From: Octopus sinensis
Lineage: Eukaryota
Assembly: GCF_006345805.1 (NCBI RefSeq)
Contig: NC_043009.1
Coordinates: forward strand, 67,332,001 to 67,396,000
Length of the DNA stretch: 64,000 nucleotides
Direction of reading: 5' to 3'
Shown: positions 23,930 through 38,000 of the stretch, piece after piece
How the letters are laid out: every line of letters begins with the position of its first letter
Numbering within the stretch: the first letter of the stretch is position 1
Notes under the pieces: generated by a model
Seen by the model: the letters and a program-made list of their open reading frames with translations, nothing else
Databases searched by the model: none
What the model was told of the DNA's origin: nothing
Position numbers and translations under genes: made by a program

Positions 23930-26900
23930 TCTCTTCCCTCTCTCTCCCTCTATCTCTCTCCTCTTCTTTTTTTTATTTATCTCTGTTCACTATGTAAAGA
24001 AAATCAAAACACTTGGTTCAAATAGTCTCAATATAAATAATATATAAAGGGCTTCCACAAATAGACTTAACCCTTTCGTTACTGTATTTATTTTGAGATG
24101 CTTTGTATTTCCTTCAATTACTTTGAAATATAACGAAGAATTTAGTGAAAATAACTTAATTAACATTAAGCTGGTGTTAGAAATATGAATTGTGACTAAG
24201 GTTTGGTGGCAGATTTCAATTCAGAACTTATGAAAGCAAGAGAATTGTACTACAGAGCCAGAAGAGGTTTCAGCCAGGTTGGTATTGAAAGGGTAAGGGC
24301 AGCGAGCTGGCAGAAATCTTAGCATGCCGGGCAAGATGCTTAGTGGTATTTCGTCTGCCGTTATGTTTTGAGTTCAAATTCCGCCAAGGTCGACTTTGCC
24401 TTTCATCCTTTCGGGGTCGATTAAATAAGTACCAGTTATGCACTGGGGATTGATGTAATCGACTTAATCCTAAAGTCTGTCCTTGTTTGTCCCCTCTGTG
24501 TTTATCCCCTTGTGGGTAGTAAAGAAATAGGTATTGAAAGGGTAAATCTTTTTCTCTTTCACTCAACATTGTTTATATCCTTGTGTTGGCATGAGTTAAA
24601 CAGCTGGACAGGATCCGGTGAGTCAGAGCACATGTCATGCTCCAACATCTGCTTTGGCATGATTTTGTATGGCTGGATGCTGGTGGCACGTAGAAAGCAC
24701 CATTCGAGCATGATCATTGCCAGCGTCACCTTACTGGCACATGAAAAAACAACATTCGAGTGTGGTCATTGCCAGTGCTGCTGGACTGGTTCCCGTGCAT
24801 GCAGCACATGAAAAATACCTTTTGAGCATGGTCGTTGCCAGAACCACCTGACTGGCCCTTGTACCGGTGGCACGTAAAAAGCACCCACTACACTCTCGGA
24901 GTGGTTGGCACTAGGAAGGGCATCCAGCTGTAGAAACATTGCCAGATCAGATTGGAGCCTGGTGCAGCCACTGGCTATCCAGACCTCAGTCAAACCGTCC
25001 AACCCATGCCAGCATGGAAAGTGGACATTTAACAATGATGATAGTGTATGTTTTTTGCAGAATTCTTGATGTTAAAATGTGTAACTTTCAGTACATAACT
25101 CCTTAACTGAGACAGTTTACTATTGAGTAAGGTGACTTTATGTCAGGTGATGAGAGGTTAATTTCTGACGGAGAGACAAAAACCGGTATCGTGCAGTCGA
25201 GGAAATATATGGGTACCCCTGCTAGAAAAGGTGGGAAGATGGTGAGGAGGTGTCAGGGCATACCCTCAAGTTACAGGAAGGGGGTCATAAGAGATGTGGT
25301 TCATAGGATTGGACAGGGTGATTGGGTCAGTAAGTTATTAAGAGTGTGAAAGGTGAGTACCACTTGGATTGAGATGGGGTTAGAGGTGAATGTCGTGGAT
25401 GCTGGACATGAGTGGAGATGTGGTCAACGGTGAATTCCAGTATGGAGGGAGAAAGGTGGAGGAAATAAGATTGAGTCAGACAGGTGGCAGCACTGGTGGT
25501 GTGGAGAGTGTGTGAGAGGTGCATAGGAGATGGTTAGAGATGATACTTAGAATGTGAAAGACAAAATAAGTGGTTACAGGGAGGGTGAGTGGGAGCCCTA
25601 AAAAGATGAGGGGTGAAATATGTTCAGTTCCACTCTTGTATAATTACAGCAGCTGAATGAATAGTGCCATAGACAGAAGAGTGATGGAGTGATGGGTGTT
25701 ATGTAAATGAGTTGTTGGGAAGAAATACTTCGGAGAGAGATTGGGTGCAAGGGTATAGACATAAAAGGCGGCGAGCTGGCAGAAACGTTAGCACGCCGAG
25801 CGAAATGCTTAGCGGTATTTCGTCTGCCGCTACGTTCTGAGTTCAAATTCCGCCGAGGTCGACTTTGCCTTTCATCCTTTCGGGGTCGATAAATTAAGTA
25901 CCAGTTACGCACTGGGGTCGATGTAATCGACTTAATACCTATGTCTGTCCTTGTTTGTCCCCTCTGTGTTTAGCCCCTTGTGGGTAATAAAGAAAGAAAT
26001 AGGTATAGACATAACCAGATTTGTTTGTTTGTATGTGTGTATTAATGATTGAATGAGTTCGTACGTTTTGAAAAAAATTTTCTCCACTCAATGTTTTCAT
26101 ATTCCAGGTTGATTCCAAGATAAAAAAAAATGGTGGAGATTTAGTGGCAGAAACTCTAAAGGTAAGTCATTATGACATATGTTTTAATTCATTTTGATAT
26201 CAGCTGACCTGAGACTGCTTCAGGTGCGATGAAGCAAAACTACTTGTTTTGGAGTTTTCAGTCCAATTAAAACATTCAATTAAGTTGTTATATTAGAACC
26301 TTTCCTCTGTTGTTATGTTCCAAACCCCAATTTATATTGTGATTAAAAGGGTAAGACCCCCACCCTTCGGTCATGAATGACCTTGGGGTTTCATCTAGAA
26401 AGTTCCCCTCCAAGGCTCAAGTCCGGGCAAGGTTGTTTTTGAAAGACCAGCAGTCTCCTATGCATACCAGCCTCTCATCTCCACACCATCATATGTACAT
26501 CGGGTAAAGGGTAAAGATCCCCTTCATTCATGAACGACCATAGGATTGCACCTAGAAAGTTCCCCTCTAAGGCACAAGTCCGGGCAAGGTTGTTTATGGA
26601 AGACCGGAAGTCTCCTATGCATACCAACCTCCCCTCTTCACGCCACCAATGTTATCCAAGGGAAAGGCAAAGGGGCCGATACAGCTTGGCACCAGTGATG
26701 TCGCAACTCCTTTCTACAGCTGAGTTAACTGGAGTAACGGGAAATAAAGTGTCTTGCTCAAGAACACAACTAACAGCCCAGCTGTAGAAACAAGAGTGGT
26801 GAGCATTAGGAAGGGCATCCAGCTGTAGAAACAAGAGTGGTGAGCATTAGGAAGGGCATCCAGCTGTAGAAACAAGAGTGGTGAGCATTAGGAAGGGCAT

Positions 26901-29900
26901 CCAGCTGTAGAAACAAGAGTGGTGAGCATTAGGAAGGGCATCCAGCTGTAGAAACACTGCCAGATCAGACTAGAGCCTGGTGCAGCCTCCTGGCTTCCCA
27001 GACCCCGGTCGAACCGTCCAACCCACGCTAGCATGGAAAACGGACGTTAAACGATGATGATGATGATTTGGAGCATATTTGAACTTGTAAAGGCTTTTTC
27101 ACTGCAATTTACCATAGAGAACAAGTTCTCATTTCGGGCCAAAAAAGGGGATAAGAACACAATAGTCAACTCAGAACAACCTCTGTGGATCGGTAGAAGT
27201 ATTTCTAGCTTCTTTGCTGTCTTCGGTTACCAGATACCAAGAGCTGACTGGAAAGCTTGGCCTAAAGCAAAACTTTTTTTCTCCGCAACAAACTGCAGTG
27301 AAAATGTCTTTACAAGTTGAAATATGTTCCAAATATATTCAAACTGATCTGAATTCTGTTTATTTTCCATCACTACTTTGCATCACTAATTACATATTAT
27401 TTTAAACTCATTTAAATTTAGGATTGTTTTCAAGATTAAGCACATAACGAGTGTATTTCATTAGGAATATTCTAATAGGGTTAACGAATTAAAGAGAAAT
27501 TTTCTTTTAACATTGAAGCGTAGTTGTGTGGTTGAGAAGCTTGCTTTGCAATCAGAATATTTTGGTTTCAATCCCACTGCGTGACACCTTGGGCAAGTGT
27601 CTTCACTTCAGTAGCCCCAGGCCAGCCAATGCCTTGCGGATGAATTTGGTTTATGGGAACTAGGTAGGAGTCCATTGTGTTTGTGTTTATTCAATCCCAC
27701 CACCACTCAGAGCTGTGGAGTCGACACAGAAAACTTTGACTCCGACTCCTCTACTATTGGCACCTGCGACTCTGACTCCTCTTTATGTAATTAAGTGATT
27801 GTGGTCTACATATCTCATAAAGCATATGCATACGCTTGTACTTTGAGTAGGTCTTTATGTTATAACTGGTTTATTAAAAAGAATAAAGATATTATGAATC
27901 GGAGTTGGTATAGTTTTACCGACTCCCGCTACCCCTTAATTGTTTCCAACTCCATGACTCCGACTCCACAGCCCTGCCACCACTTCACCACATCTGGTGT
28001 TGGTTTGTTTATATTCCTGTAACTTAGCAGTTCAGCTAAAGAGACCAGCGCAATAAATAACAAACTTCAAAAGGAAATAAGTCCTGGGATTGATTTGTTC
28101 AGCTAAAAGCTTTCCATGTTTACTCATATCATTGATTAATCTGATTCCAATTTTTGTCTTCTAGGCTCATGGTGTCAAGAACATATTCACCTTAGTTGGT
28201 GGTCATATATCTCCAATCCTGGTTGCCTGTGAAAGACTTGGTATTAGAGTTGTTGACACACGACATGAAGTAGGTTTCTTGTTATTCATTGTTTTTAAAA
28301 ATTGTTTTTCTTTACTACTCCATTATTTCATTGTTGTTGTTGTTAACCCCTGGTCAGCTCTGAACATTGTAGACCTACGACCAAAGTATCCCAACTGTGA
28401 AAATCATGTCTTTACAGACATAACATGTTTAAGAAATCTTTATCAAATGCTCCCCACCCACTTAAGGTGGCAGAATCGGGAGCACACCCGGCAAAATGCT
28501 TAGCAGCATTTCATCTGTCTTTACATCCTGAGTTCAAATTCTGCCGTGGTCAATTTTGCCTTTTATCCTTTCGGGGTCAATAAATTAAGTACCAGTCAAG
28601 TACTGGGGTCGATATAATCAACTTTCCTCATTCCCCCATAATTTCAGGCCCATTGTAAGAAAGGATTATTAAATGCTCCCTTCTTGATCCTTCATTTTAA
28701 TTTAGACTTCCTTATGAAAATATACATCCAAACGTGGCTGATGCCAGTATCCCCTGACTGGCTCCTGTACCGGTGGCACGTAAAAAGCACCCACTACACT
28801 CTCGGAGTGGTTGGCATTAGGAAGGGCATCCAGCTGTAGAAACCTTGCCAGATCAGATTGGAGCCTGGTGCAGCCACTGGCTCTCTAGATCTCAGTCAAA
28901 CCGTCCAACCCATACCAGCATGGAAAATGGACATTAAACGATGATGATGATGATGATGATGGTGTATGCTTTTTGCAGAATTCTTGATGTGAAATTGTGT
29001 ATTGAAACAGATATTGTTATACTTGGGGGTGGTCATATTTCGCCAGGTAAATGCACACACTGTATATTTGGTTCTCACTTCAGCTAACTTTTTGCTTTTG
29101 TACATATCTGTTGTGTGCGTCACATTTACTTCAAAGAAGTAGCAAAGCGAGAAAGAGGAGGACAGAGAGGAAGTAAGAGAGAGAGTGAAAGAGACAGTGG
29201 TGACGGCGTTTGTTTTGTGTTTTTAAATGTTTCAGAGAGGACATAAGACAAAGAGAAAGAGAGTGAAAGGAGAGAAAAGGTGGGAAAGAAAGAGAGAGAG
29301 AGAAAGAGACAGTGAGTGATGACAGCATTCGTTTTGTGTTTTTAAATATTCATCACATTGCAAGAGAAGTAGATACATATACACATTGTTAAATCAAAAG
29401 CGGGAGAGAAGAGGGACACAAAGGAAATGAGAGAGAAAGTGAGAGAGACAGTAGATACATAAATCCAAAGAAAAGTTCATACAAAAATACGTACAAACAA
29501 CAAATATTGGATGTCAATTTCACTTTTCATTACCACACGAGGATAAAATTAACTCACAAATGGCTGAGTGGGCCAGTCAATTAGAACAACCCCAGTACAC
29601 AACTAATACTTAATTTATCCACCCTGAAAGGACGAAAGGCAAAGTCGACCTCGGCAGAATTTTAACTCAGAACATAAAGACAGACTGTCATAATATACAA
29701 ACATTTCTCATGGCACCAGTACACTGTTTTCAGATGCTTATATTTTTTATGTTTTCCATGAATTTTTCATGAGTCCAGCTAGTTATTATTATTATTTTAG
29801 TTTATTTGTCAGTTCTTTCATCACACATCCTGTGACTTCCTCAGTGACCCTTTATTCCACATATTTCCTCTTGTTCTGAGAACAAGAGGTAAAAGAGTCA

Positions 29901-31994
29901 GTGAAAAGGTCACAGGATGTGTGATGAAAGAGCTTTGAATAATAATAATAGCAATAACAACGCTGAAGTGAAGGTCCAATATTTAGTGTGTGTGTTTGAT
30001 TGGCAAAATATGACCATCAACAAGTATGACAAAATGAAAATATGTTTGCAAAAATATGGCACCTGAAGATAATCACAGACCGAGATACATGGCATTATAG
30101 TAATAAAACAAAAATAAACAAAAGCTAAATCAAGGATCTAGAATTATTAAATTTTGAGCATTCTAATGTTTTACTGAATCCCCTGTAACTTACCATTTTT
30201 GTATTGAGAACATCTTTAGTCTCACATCATTTTATTTTCTTCTCATTGTGATAAACTGATTAGGTTACCAGTGTTTTTGCAGCTGATGCTGTTGCTAGAA
30301 TGTCTGGGACAATTGGTGTGGCTGCTGTCACTGCAGGACCAGGTACCTCTCTTTTTTCTTCATTTCCATGTTTTCTTTTCTTTTCTTTATTTTATCTAAA
30401 CCTAATTTAGATATACTTGATGCAGGTGTTAAAAGTTTCATGTTCCAAAGTGAATGTGCAATTTAATTTTGTTGCTAAGTTCCACGTCTCTTTCCTTTCT
30501 TTTACTAAATTCTAAATGCCCTTTCAATGTAAATGGTCCATTTTTAAAAAGAACAATCACAGATGATGAAAAATGGATGTGAATAAAAAAAATGGAGCGA
30601 GAAAGGTTCTGGAAAAAACTATGAACCACTTTTAATCACTCTAAAAACCAGTCAGTTTTCGAAGAAGGTGAGGATTTGTACCTGGTGAGATTTGAAGGGC
30701 ATTGTGTATAATGCACTCCCTAACCCTTCTTCCTAATCAGACATTGAATTCTTGCATTTACCACAATTATATTGATTAAGGGTAGCATTTGATGAAAAAC
30801 ATCCAGAATTGGCCAATAGGAAGAATGTTGTCTTCCTTCAGGACAATATTAGGCCTCCTGTTTCCTTGCAGACCCAACACAAATTGGTTCAGCTCAGTGG
30901 AGATATCCTACCATTCCCAATATGCTTCCCTGATCTTGCACTTTTGGATGACCATTTATTTCGATCTTTGCAAAATTCTCTTAATGAGAAGAAACTTAAT
31001 TCTTTGGAAGAATGAATTTCTGTACACATCTTATCTTTTGACATTATTTTTCATTTCTCCAGGTGTCACTAACACTGTGACTGCTGTCAAGAACGCTCAG
31101 ATGGCAGAATCTCCAGTTTTGCTCATAGGTGGCGCTGCAGCAACATTGCTCAAGGTAACTTTTGCTACATGCTACTACTTTCTTTATAGATTATAGTTGT
31201 TGTTGTTACTGCTATTGTTACGACACCAAAAGGTGGCGAGCTGGCAGAATCGTTAGCATGCCGGGCGAAATGCTTAACGGTATTTCGTCTGCCGTTACGT
31301 TCTGAGTTCAAATTCCGCCGAGGTTGACTTTGCCTTTCATCCTTTTGGTGTCGATAAAACAAGTACCAGTTGAGTACTCCAAAATTGCTGGCCTTGTACC
31401 GAAATTTGAAACCATTCTTAGGGTAGCAAGCTGGCAGAATCATGAGTAGGCCAGGTAAAATGCTTAGCAGCATTTCTTCTTTCCAGGGTCAATAAAATAA
31501 GTACCAGTTGAATGCTGGGGTTTGATGTAATTGTCTACTTCCCTTCTCCAAAATTTCAGTTCCTTGTGCCTAGAGCAGAAAGAACTGTCATTCTTTTTTA
31601 TTATCTGAGTTCACCTATGAGCAAAGGCATTCCAGATATATGTTACATATAGAACTACACACACACACATATATGTATATCACCGTCAACGTGACCGACC
31701 AGGCTATCAGATGTTGCTACACATCGCTGGTCACAATGCGCTTTGCACTGTTTTAGCCTTCAAACGATGCCACCCCGCTGGCTAAGCGAGCAGGCCAACA
31801 GAAGAAAGAGTGAGAGGAAGTTGTGGTGAAAGAGTACAGCAGGGATCGCCACCACCCCCTGCCGGAGCCTCGTGGAGGTTTTAGGTGTTTTCACTCAATA
31901 AAAACTCACAACGCCCGGTCTGGGAATCGAAACCACGATCCTACAACCGTGAGTCCGCTGCCCTAACCACTGGGCCATTGCGCCTCCATATATG

Positions 31995-32031
<37 letters not shown>

Positions 32032-35000
32032 ATACAACAAAGAATGAATAAAGAGGCAACTTTCATCAATAAATATCTTCCCCAACTAAATATGAACACA
32101 TAACATGATACAGAACGCTACTAACCTTTCAATTAATACCACTAACCCCCATACATCCCATACACCATTCACATGACAGATCTATATCTACCCTAATTGC
32201 ACCAAATCCAGAACTACTTACTTGCCTTACACATAATTTTTTTACTCTGAGACTTGTAGACCCGATACCGTTCATTAATCGATGTGCATTCAAAGCAATG
32301 ATTAGTAAATTTACGAAACCGGTATGCTTTTGAATCTCTTTAACAATTCACAATAATGACTTTTATTACTTTTATTCCTACCTCAGTTCATCTAATTGTA
32401 TATATATCTATCGTTACTTTTCGCTTATTTTTCTTCTTACTTTCCCCCTATATGTGTGTGTGTGTATATATCTATATATATATAGTCGCCATGATAGATC
32501 GTTAGCCACTATAGTCGCCATGATAGATCGTTAGCCACTACACACATTTTTTTCTCTCCTTGTTTTTTCTGTGTCCCTTTCTGTAGAAGAGCATAGGCTC
32601 GAAACGTAAAAGACTTTTTCTATTCCTGAGCGTTATACTAATACATCTATTTGTTTTGTACACCACCTGTCTCTGTCTTTTGTTTTTTTCGTAAACTCTC
32701 CCTTTATATATATATCCTTATTGTGTCCCTTCCCTATTTAGAACAACATGGTGTAATTTGAGGGAAACTTTACTATTATATCTAGCAATTTCAGTGACAA
32801 CATACAGGTACTTTCATTTTATTGTCTCCAAAGTTTTCTCATTATGCATTCATTCTCCTCACATAACCCAGCGTATCCCTATTTTTTTTTTTTTTCACCT
32901 GATTAACCCATTCTTCTGATCTGCAGTTTAGTGTTAAGGGACAGGTAAATCATCGATCCTTAAAACCATCTCATTTATAATTCAGTCTTTATTGGTAGGT
33001 AAAGTATCGATCTCTAAAATCAACCATTTTCCACTTAAATATTTAACGATAGTTAAAGCAATTATTCCACAGTTTACTGCTTTTACCTGTCTGTGATCAA
33101 TACATAACGATTCCATATGTATTCTGTTCATTTTGCACCTTTTTGTCTTAATTCTTTGGATTGAAATTTTTTTTTTTCCCTCAGGGCCGTGGATCTTTGC
33201 AAGACATTGACCAGCTTTCCTTGTTTAAGTCTCTATGTAAATTCACAGCCTCAGTGTTGACTGTTAAAGAAATTGTACCAACACTACAGAAAGCTATCCA
33301 AACAGCTCAAAGTGGAACACCAGGTAAGCCACTCTTTATTTTATTTCATTTCTTTTCACTTTTCCTCTTAGTTTCTTTATCTGACAAACTTCTTTGCAGT
33401 ATTTATCTTTCACTTGTTTCAGCCGTTAGACCAGGGGTTCCTAACCCTTTTTTTTTTATCTATGGACCCCATTTAATTACTATTTTATTTTGGTGGACCC
33501 CATAGGCATTCAATATTTAAAACACAGCACAGAATTTTGTCAGTGAACAGGTTGCGATCTCAAAGCAACAAAAATATTTTGACAAATCAAATTTAAATAT
33601 TGAAGTGAATCTAACGGTTTTTGTGTGTTTTTAAATGGCTTATAAACACTTTCCTTGCTGGAATTGTTTTCATTCCAGCACACGATCTCAGATCAGGTCA
33701 CTTGCTATACAAGTACATCTTCGTAATTTAAAAACTAGTTTTATAGAAACCTCTTCCAAAATTCCTATTTTGTTCTTCACACATTCCCCTCTGTAGGTTG
33801 AACTACGTACAATGGAAAGAAACCTGTTTCTTACAATACATACATCTAAAACAAAATTTTTTCAAGGGCCCTTAAAATACTATTGTGAACCCCCAAATAA
33901 TCTTATATGGACCCTGGTTGAGATCCATTGCATTAGACTGTGGCCATGCTGAAGCACCTCCTTTGATGTCTTTTAAACCCTAGTACTTCTCCTCTGTGCT
34001 GGTTGCTCAGCAAGTCGCAATGTGCTTTGCATCATTTTAGCTTTTGAATGATGCCACCCTGCTGGCTAGGCATGCAGGCCAACACTTCCCCTGATTGGAA
34101 GGGCTGCCCATTTACAGTTGAGTGGACTGGAGCTATGTGAAATGAAGTGTCTTGTTCAAGAACTCAATGCATGGCTTGGTCCAGGAGTCGAACCCATGAT
34201 TTAACGATCGTGAGTGCAACCCCCTAGCCACTACTAAGCCAATAGCCTCCATATATATACATGTATATATGTATATATACACGTGTGTAAATGCATTTGT
34301 GTGTATACATATGCACAAGGTCAGTTATCCAGGGATCTACTCTTGCTGTCGTCCAGTTTCATTGTCTTAAAATTGAGCAAGAAATATTATAAACTAACTT
34401 AAATGCAGCCCTATCGAGCAGCTTTTAAGCTAGCTCCTGTGGAGGGATCTTCATTGGGCCTTCAGCCCAATAATGACACTCCATGCATTGAGTACATATT
34501 AAATTTTATTAAACTTGAACAATATTTTTCAAGCAATGAACAATTTTCTGCAAAACAATGATATAATTTGTCGACTTGGAACTTATTGCAAAGCTGCATG
34601 ATAAACAACATTTGTCTTTCCATTCAGGGTGGGGGGAAGAAGTACAATTTTTTTCTTCTGTCTGACCTCTTTCTTTCTCTCTCTCTTTCTGTTGATTGTT
34701 TTCAACCATCACTAGTACCACCACCATTGCCACCATAACTACGAAATACACACCATTCAGACTTCTGACGCCACCACCATCAAGACCCTTGACTTTGCCG
34801 CCTTCCCCTCCACATCCCCTTTCACATCCCTTACTATCACCATCATGCTTGACCGCCTCAGCTACCACCATCATCACCGTCGCCACTGCCTCTATTACAA
34901 CTACAGCTCATGTATGCCTACTATTACTCTCACCCCAATAAGAGGAGTAGAAGAAGTGTCACTGAATAGCGAGAGGGGGAGTCAAAGTGTGACACACTGA

Positions 35001-38000
35001 CACACAGAAATTCGTTTTGGCATTTATTATTATAGAAGATTGCAGAAGGAAAATTGGTTCTCTTTTGTAACATCTTAAACATTTTTCCCATTTCAAAATG
35101 TTTCACTCTTCTGTAGTTCTTGCTGGATTATTTGGTGCTTTATTTCTGCTTTCCTTTGATATTTCAGGCCCAGTTTTTGTTGAATTCCCCATTGATGTTC
35201 TCTATCCTTATGAAACTGTGAAGAAAGAATTAGGAATGAAAGATTCTGGCAAAGGTTTGATGCAGAAAATTGTGAACTGGTAGGTTGTCACTCTCATCAT
35301 CATCATCATCATCCAACGAGTTGTAGTACAGCTGGGCATTGCATACAAAAAGCTTGCTATTATTGTCGTAGTCTTCATCATCACTGTTATCATCTTTGCC
35401 ATCATCACCATCATCATCATCATCATTTTCTGTTCTGAGCCTTAGGACTCATACCGTAAGGGCTTCACCCTTCAGCATTCAGATTACTCTGTCAAATGTT
35501 AAGTTTATTTATTCACTTTGTTTCGAATTAATCATACATTATCTCACAGCTGAGAGAATTCAATGATGGGATCGTTTATTTTAAGAATGACATTGTAGGG
35601 TAGGTGTGAGAGGCCAGATCTGGTCAGTTTGGGCATGAAATGGGTAGGAAACTTTTGGCTGGATATGACCCTTTTTAAGTGCTGAAGCGTTAACCCCATT
35701 TCCATGACAGATAAATGACTGAGATGACCCCCACCATTGAATGGGAAGTCAGCCTATTGCATTGCAGGAACTTGTTTACAGCTGAGTTGACTGAGTGGAC
35801 ATGAAACAGAGTACTTTGCTTGAGAACACACTGCACTGCCTGGTCTAGGACTTGAAACTCTGATCTTAGAATCATGAGTGCAACACCCTAATCTCTGGGC
35901 TTTCGCAATTGCCTCATTTACTGTTACTGTTTCTGGCCCACCTGTCATTGATGAGCACCTGTATTTCAGTCCCTTTCATGACAATTCACCTCAGATTATA
36001 CAGCTAACAAAGAAAATCCATTTTGATAAAGCCTGTGCCATGAATCCAGCTGTAGAAACTCTGCCAGATCAGATTGGAGTCTGGTTTGCCAGACCTCAGT
36101 CAAATCGTCCAACCCATGCCAGCATGGAAAACGGACGTTAAATGATAATGATGATGAAATTCACATTTCTAATCCTGCCCACGTAGTCAGGACTTAGTTC
36201 TCTCCCTTATATTAATGGCCATGGCTAGGGGGCACCATATGTATAAGAATTTGATTATCTTATATTTTTTTGATTTATTTTTTCTTTAGGTATCTCCAGA
36301 ATCACTTGAACAATTTGTTCTCGGGTGCTTTTGAAGACCGTAATATGTCTCCTCTTCATGTGGACATACCGAAGCCTTCTAACTCTCAAGGTACGTAAAT
36401 GAGCATCAGTGACATTCATCCCAGATCTATTAAAACACCACACACTATGAAATAGTAATGAAGGACATAGTTGCTTGACCTGCTAAAAATAACAGCCCAA
36501 TTTCTCTCAGATTGTGCTGTATCATCTTTAAAAAGGAAGGAGAAGGTCATCAAGATGATTCATTTTTAATCCTTTAGCATTCAGATTACTTTGTCAAATG
36601 TAAATGCTTATTTATCCACATTGTTTTGAATTAATCATGGATTATCTCATAGCTTTGAGAATTCAAGGATGTGATTGGTTATTTTTAGAATGACATTGTA
36701 GGGTAGGTGTGAGAGGCTGGATCTGGCTAGTTTGAACATAAAACTGATCGAATATTTGGGCCGGATATACCTGGTTTAAATGCTAAAGGGGTGAATAAAC
36801 AACAACAGTAACAAATAATTAAATGTAATTGAGGATTCTCCATTAATTTTAATCAAATTTTTCTGCCATGGTGCATGGATGAAGTTTGTAACCAGGGCAA
36901 CAGTGTCTCCCATGCTAGTGGCATTTAAAAAGTGCCATCCATACATGATCATTACCAGGCCCTCCTGACTGGCTTCTGTGCTGGTAGCATGTAAAAAGCA
37001 CCCACTATACACTCACGGAGTGGTCGGCGTTAGGAAGGGCATCCAGCTGTAGAAACATTGCCAGATCAGATTGGAGCTTGGTGTAGCCGCTGGCTCTCCA
37101 GACCTCAGTGAAACCGTCCAACCCATGCCAGCATGGAAAACGGACGTTAAACGATGACGATGAAAATACAGCAGTGATTTGAACCTCTACTATCTTGTTC
37201 CAGTGCAGAAATGTGCCGAGTTACTCTCCAAGGCCAAGAAACCTGTATTCTTATTGGGAAGTCAAATTACACTGCCACCAGTTCCCGTAGAAAACCTATG
37301 TCAATCTCTAGAGGTAAATATTTTTCTAATTTGTCTAAACACCCATATTTTCTTCATAATTACTCTTATTGTTATTGTTATTGCTGGTTATAATAATAAT
37401 AGTAATAATAATAATAATCCTTTTTACTAAAGGCACAAGGCCTGAGATTTGTGGGGAGGGGACGAGTCGCTTATATCGACCCCAGTGTTTCACTGGTACT
37501 TAATTTATCGACCCTGAAAGGATAAAAGGCAAAGTTGATCTTGGTGGAATTTGAACTCAGAACTTAGTGGTAGACGAAATACCTATTTCTTTACTACCCT
37601 CAAGGGGCTAAACACAGAGAGGACAAACAAGGACAGACAAACGGATTAAGTCAATTACATCGACCCCAGTGCATAACTGATACTTATTTAATCGACCCCG
37701 AAAGGATGAAAAGCACGTCAACCTTGGCGGAATTTGAACTTAGAACGTAGCGGCAGACGAAATACCGCTAAGCATTTCACCCGGCGTGCTAATGACTCTG
37801 CCAGCTTGCCCACTTTGCAGCGAAATATATTGACCTGGTACTTGGCTGCCATTTACTTTGTTCATTCTGTGCCGGTGGCACATAAAAGGCACCAACTGAT
37901 TGTGGCCGCTGCTAGCTTCCGCAGGCTCCTGTGCTGGTGGCATGTAAAAAGCATTCACTACACTCTCAGAGTGGTTGGTGTTAGGAAGGGCATCCAGCTG

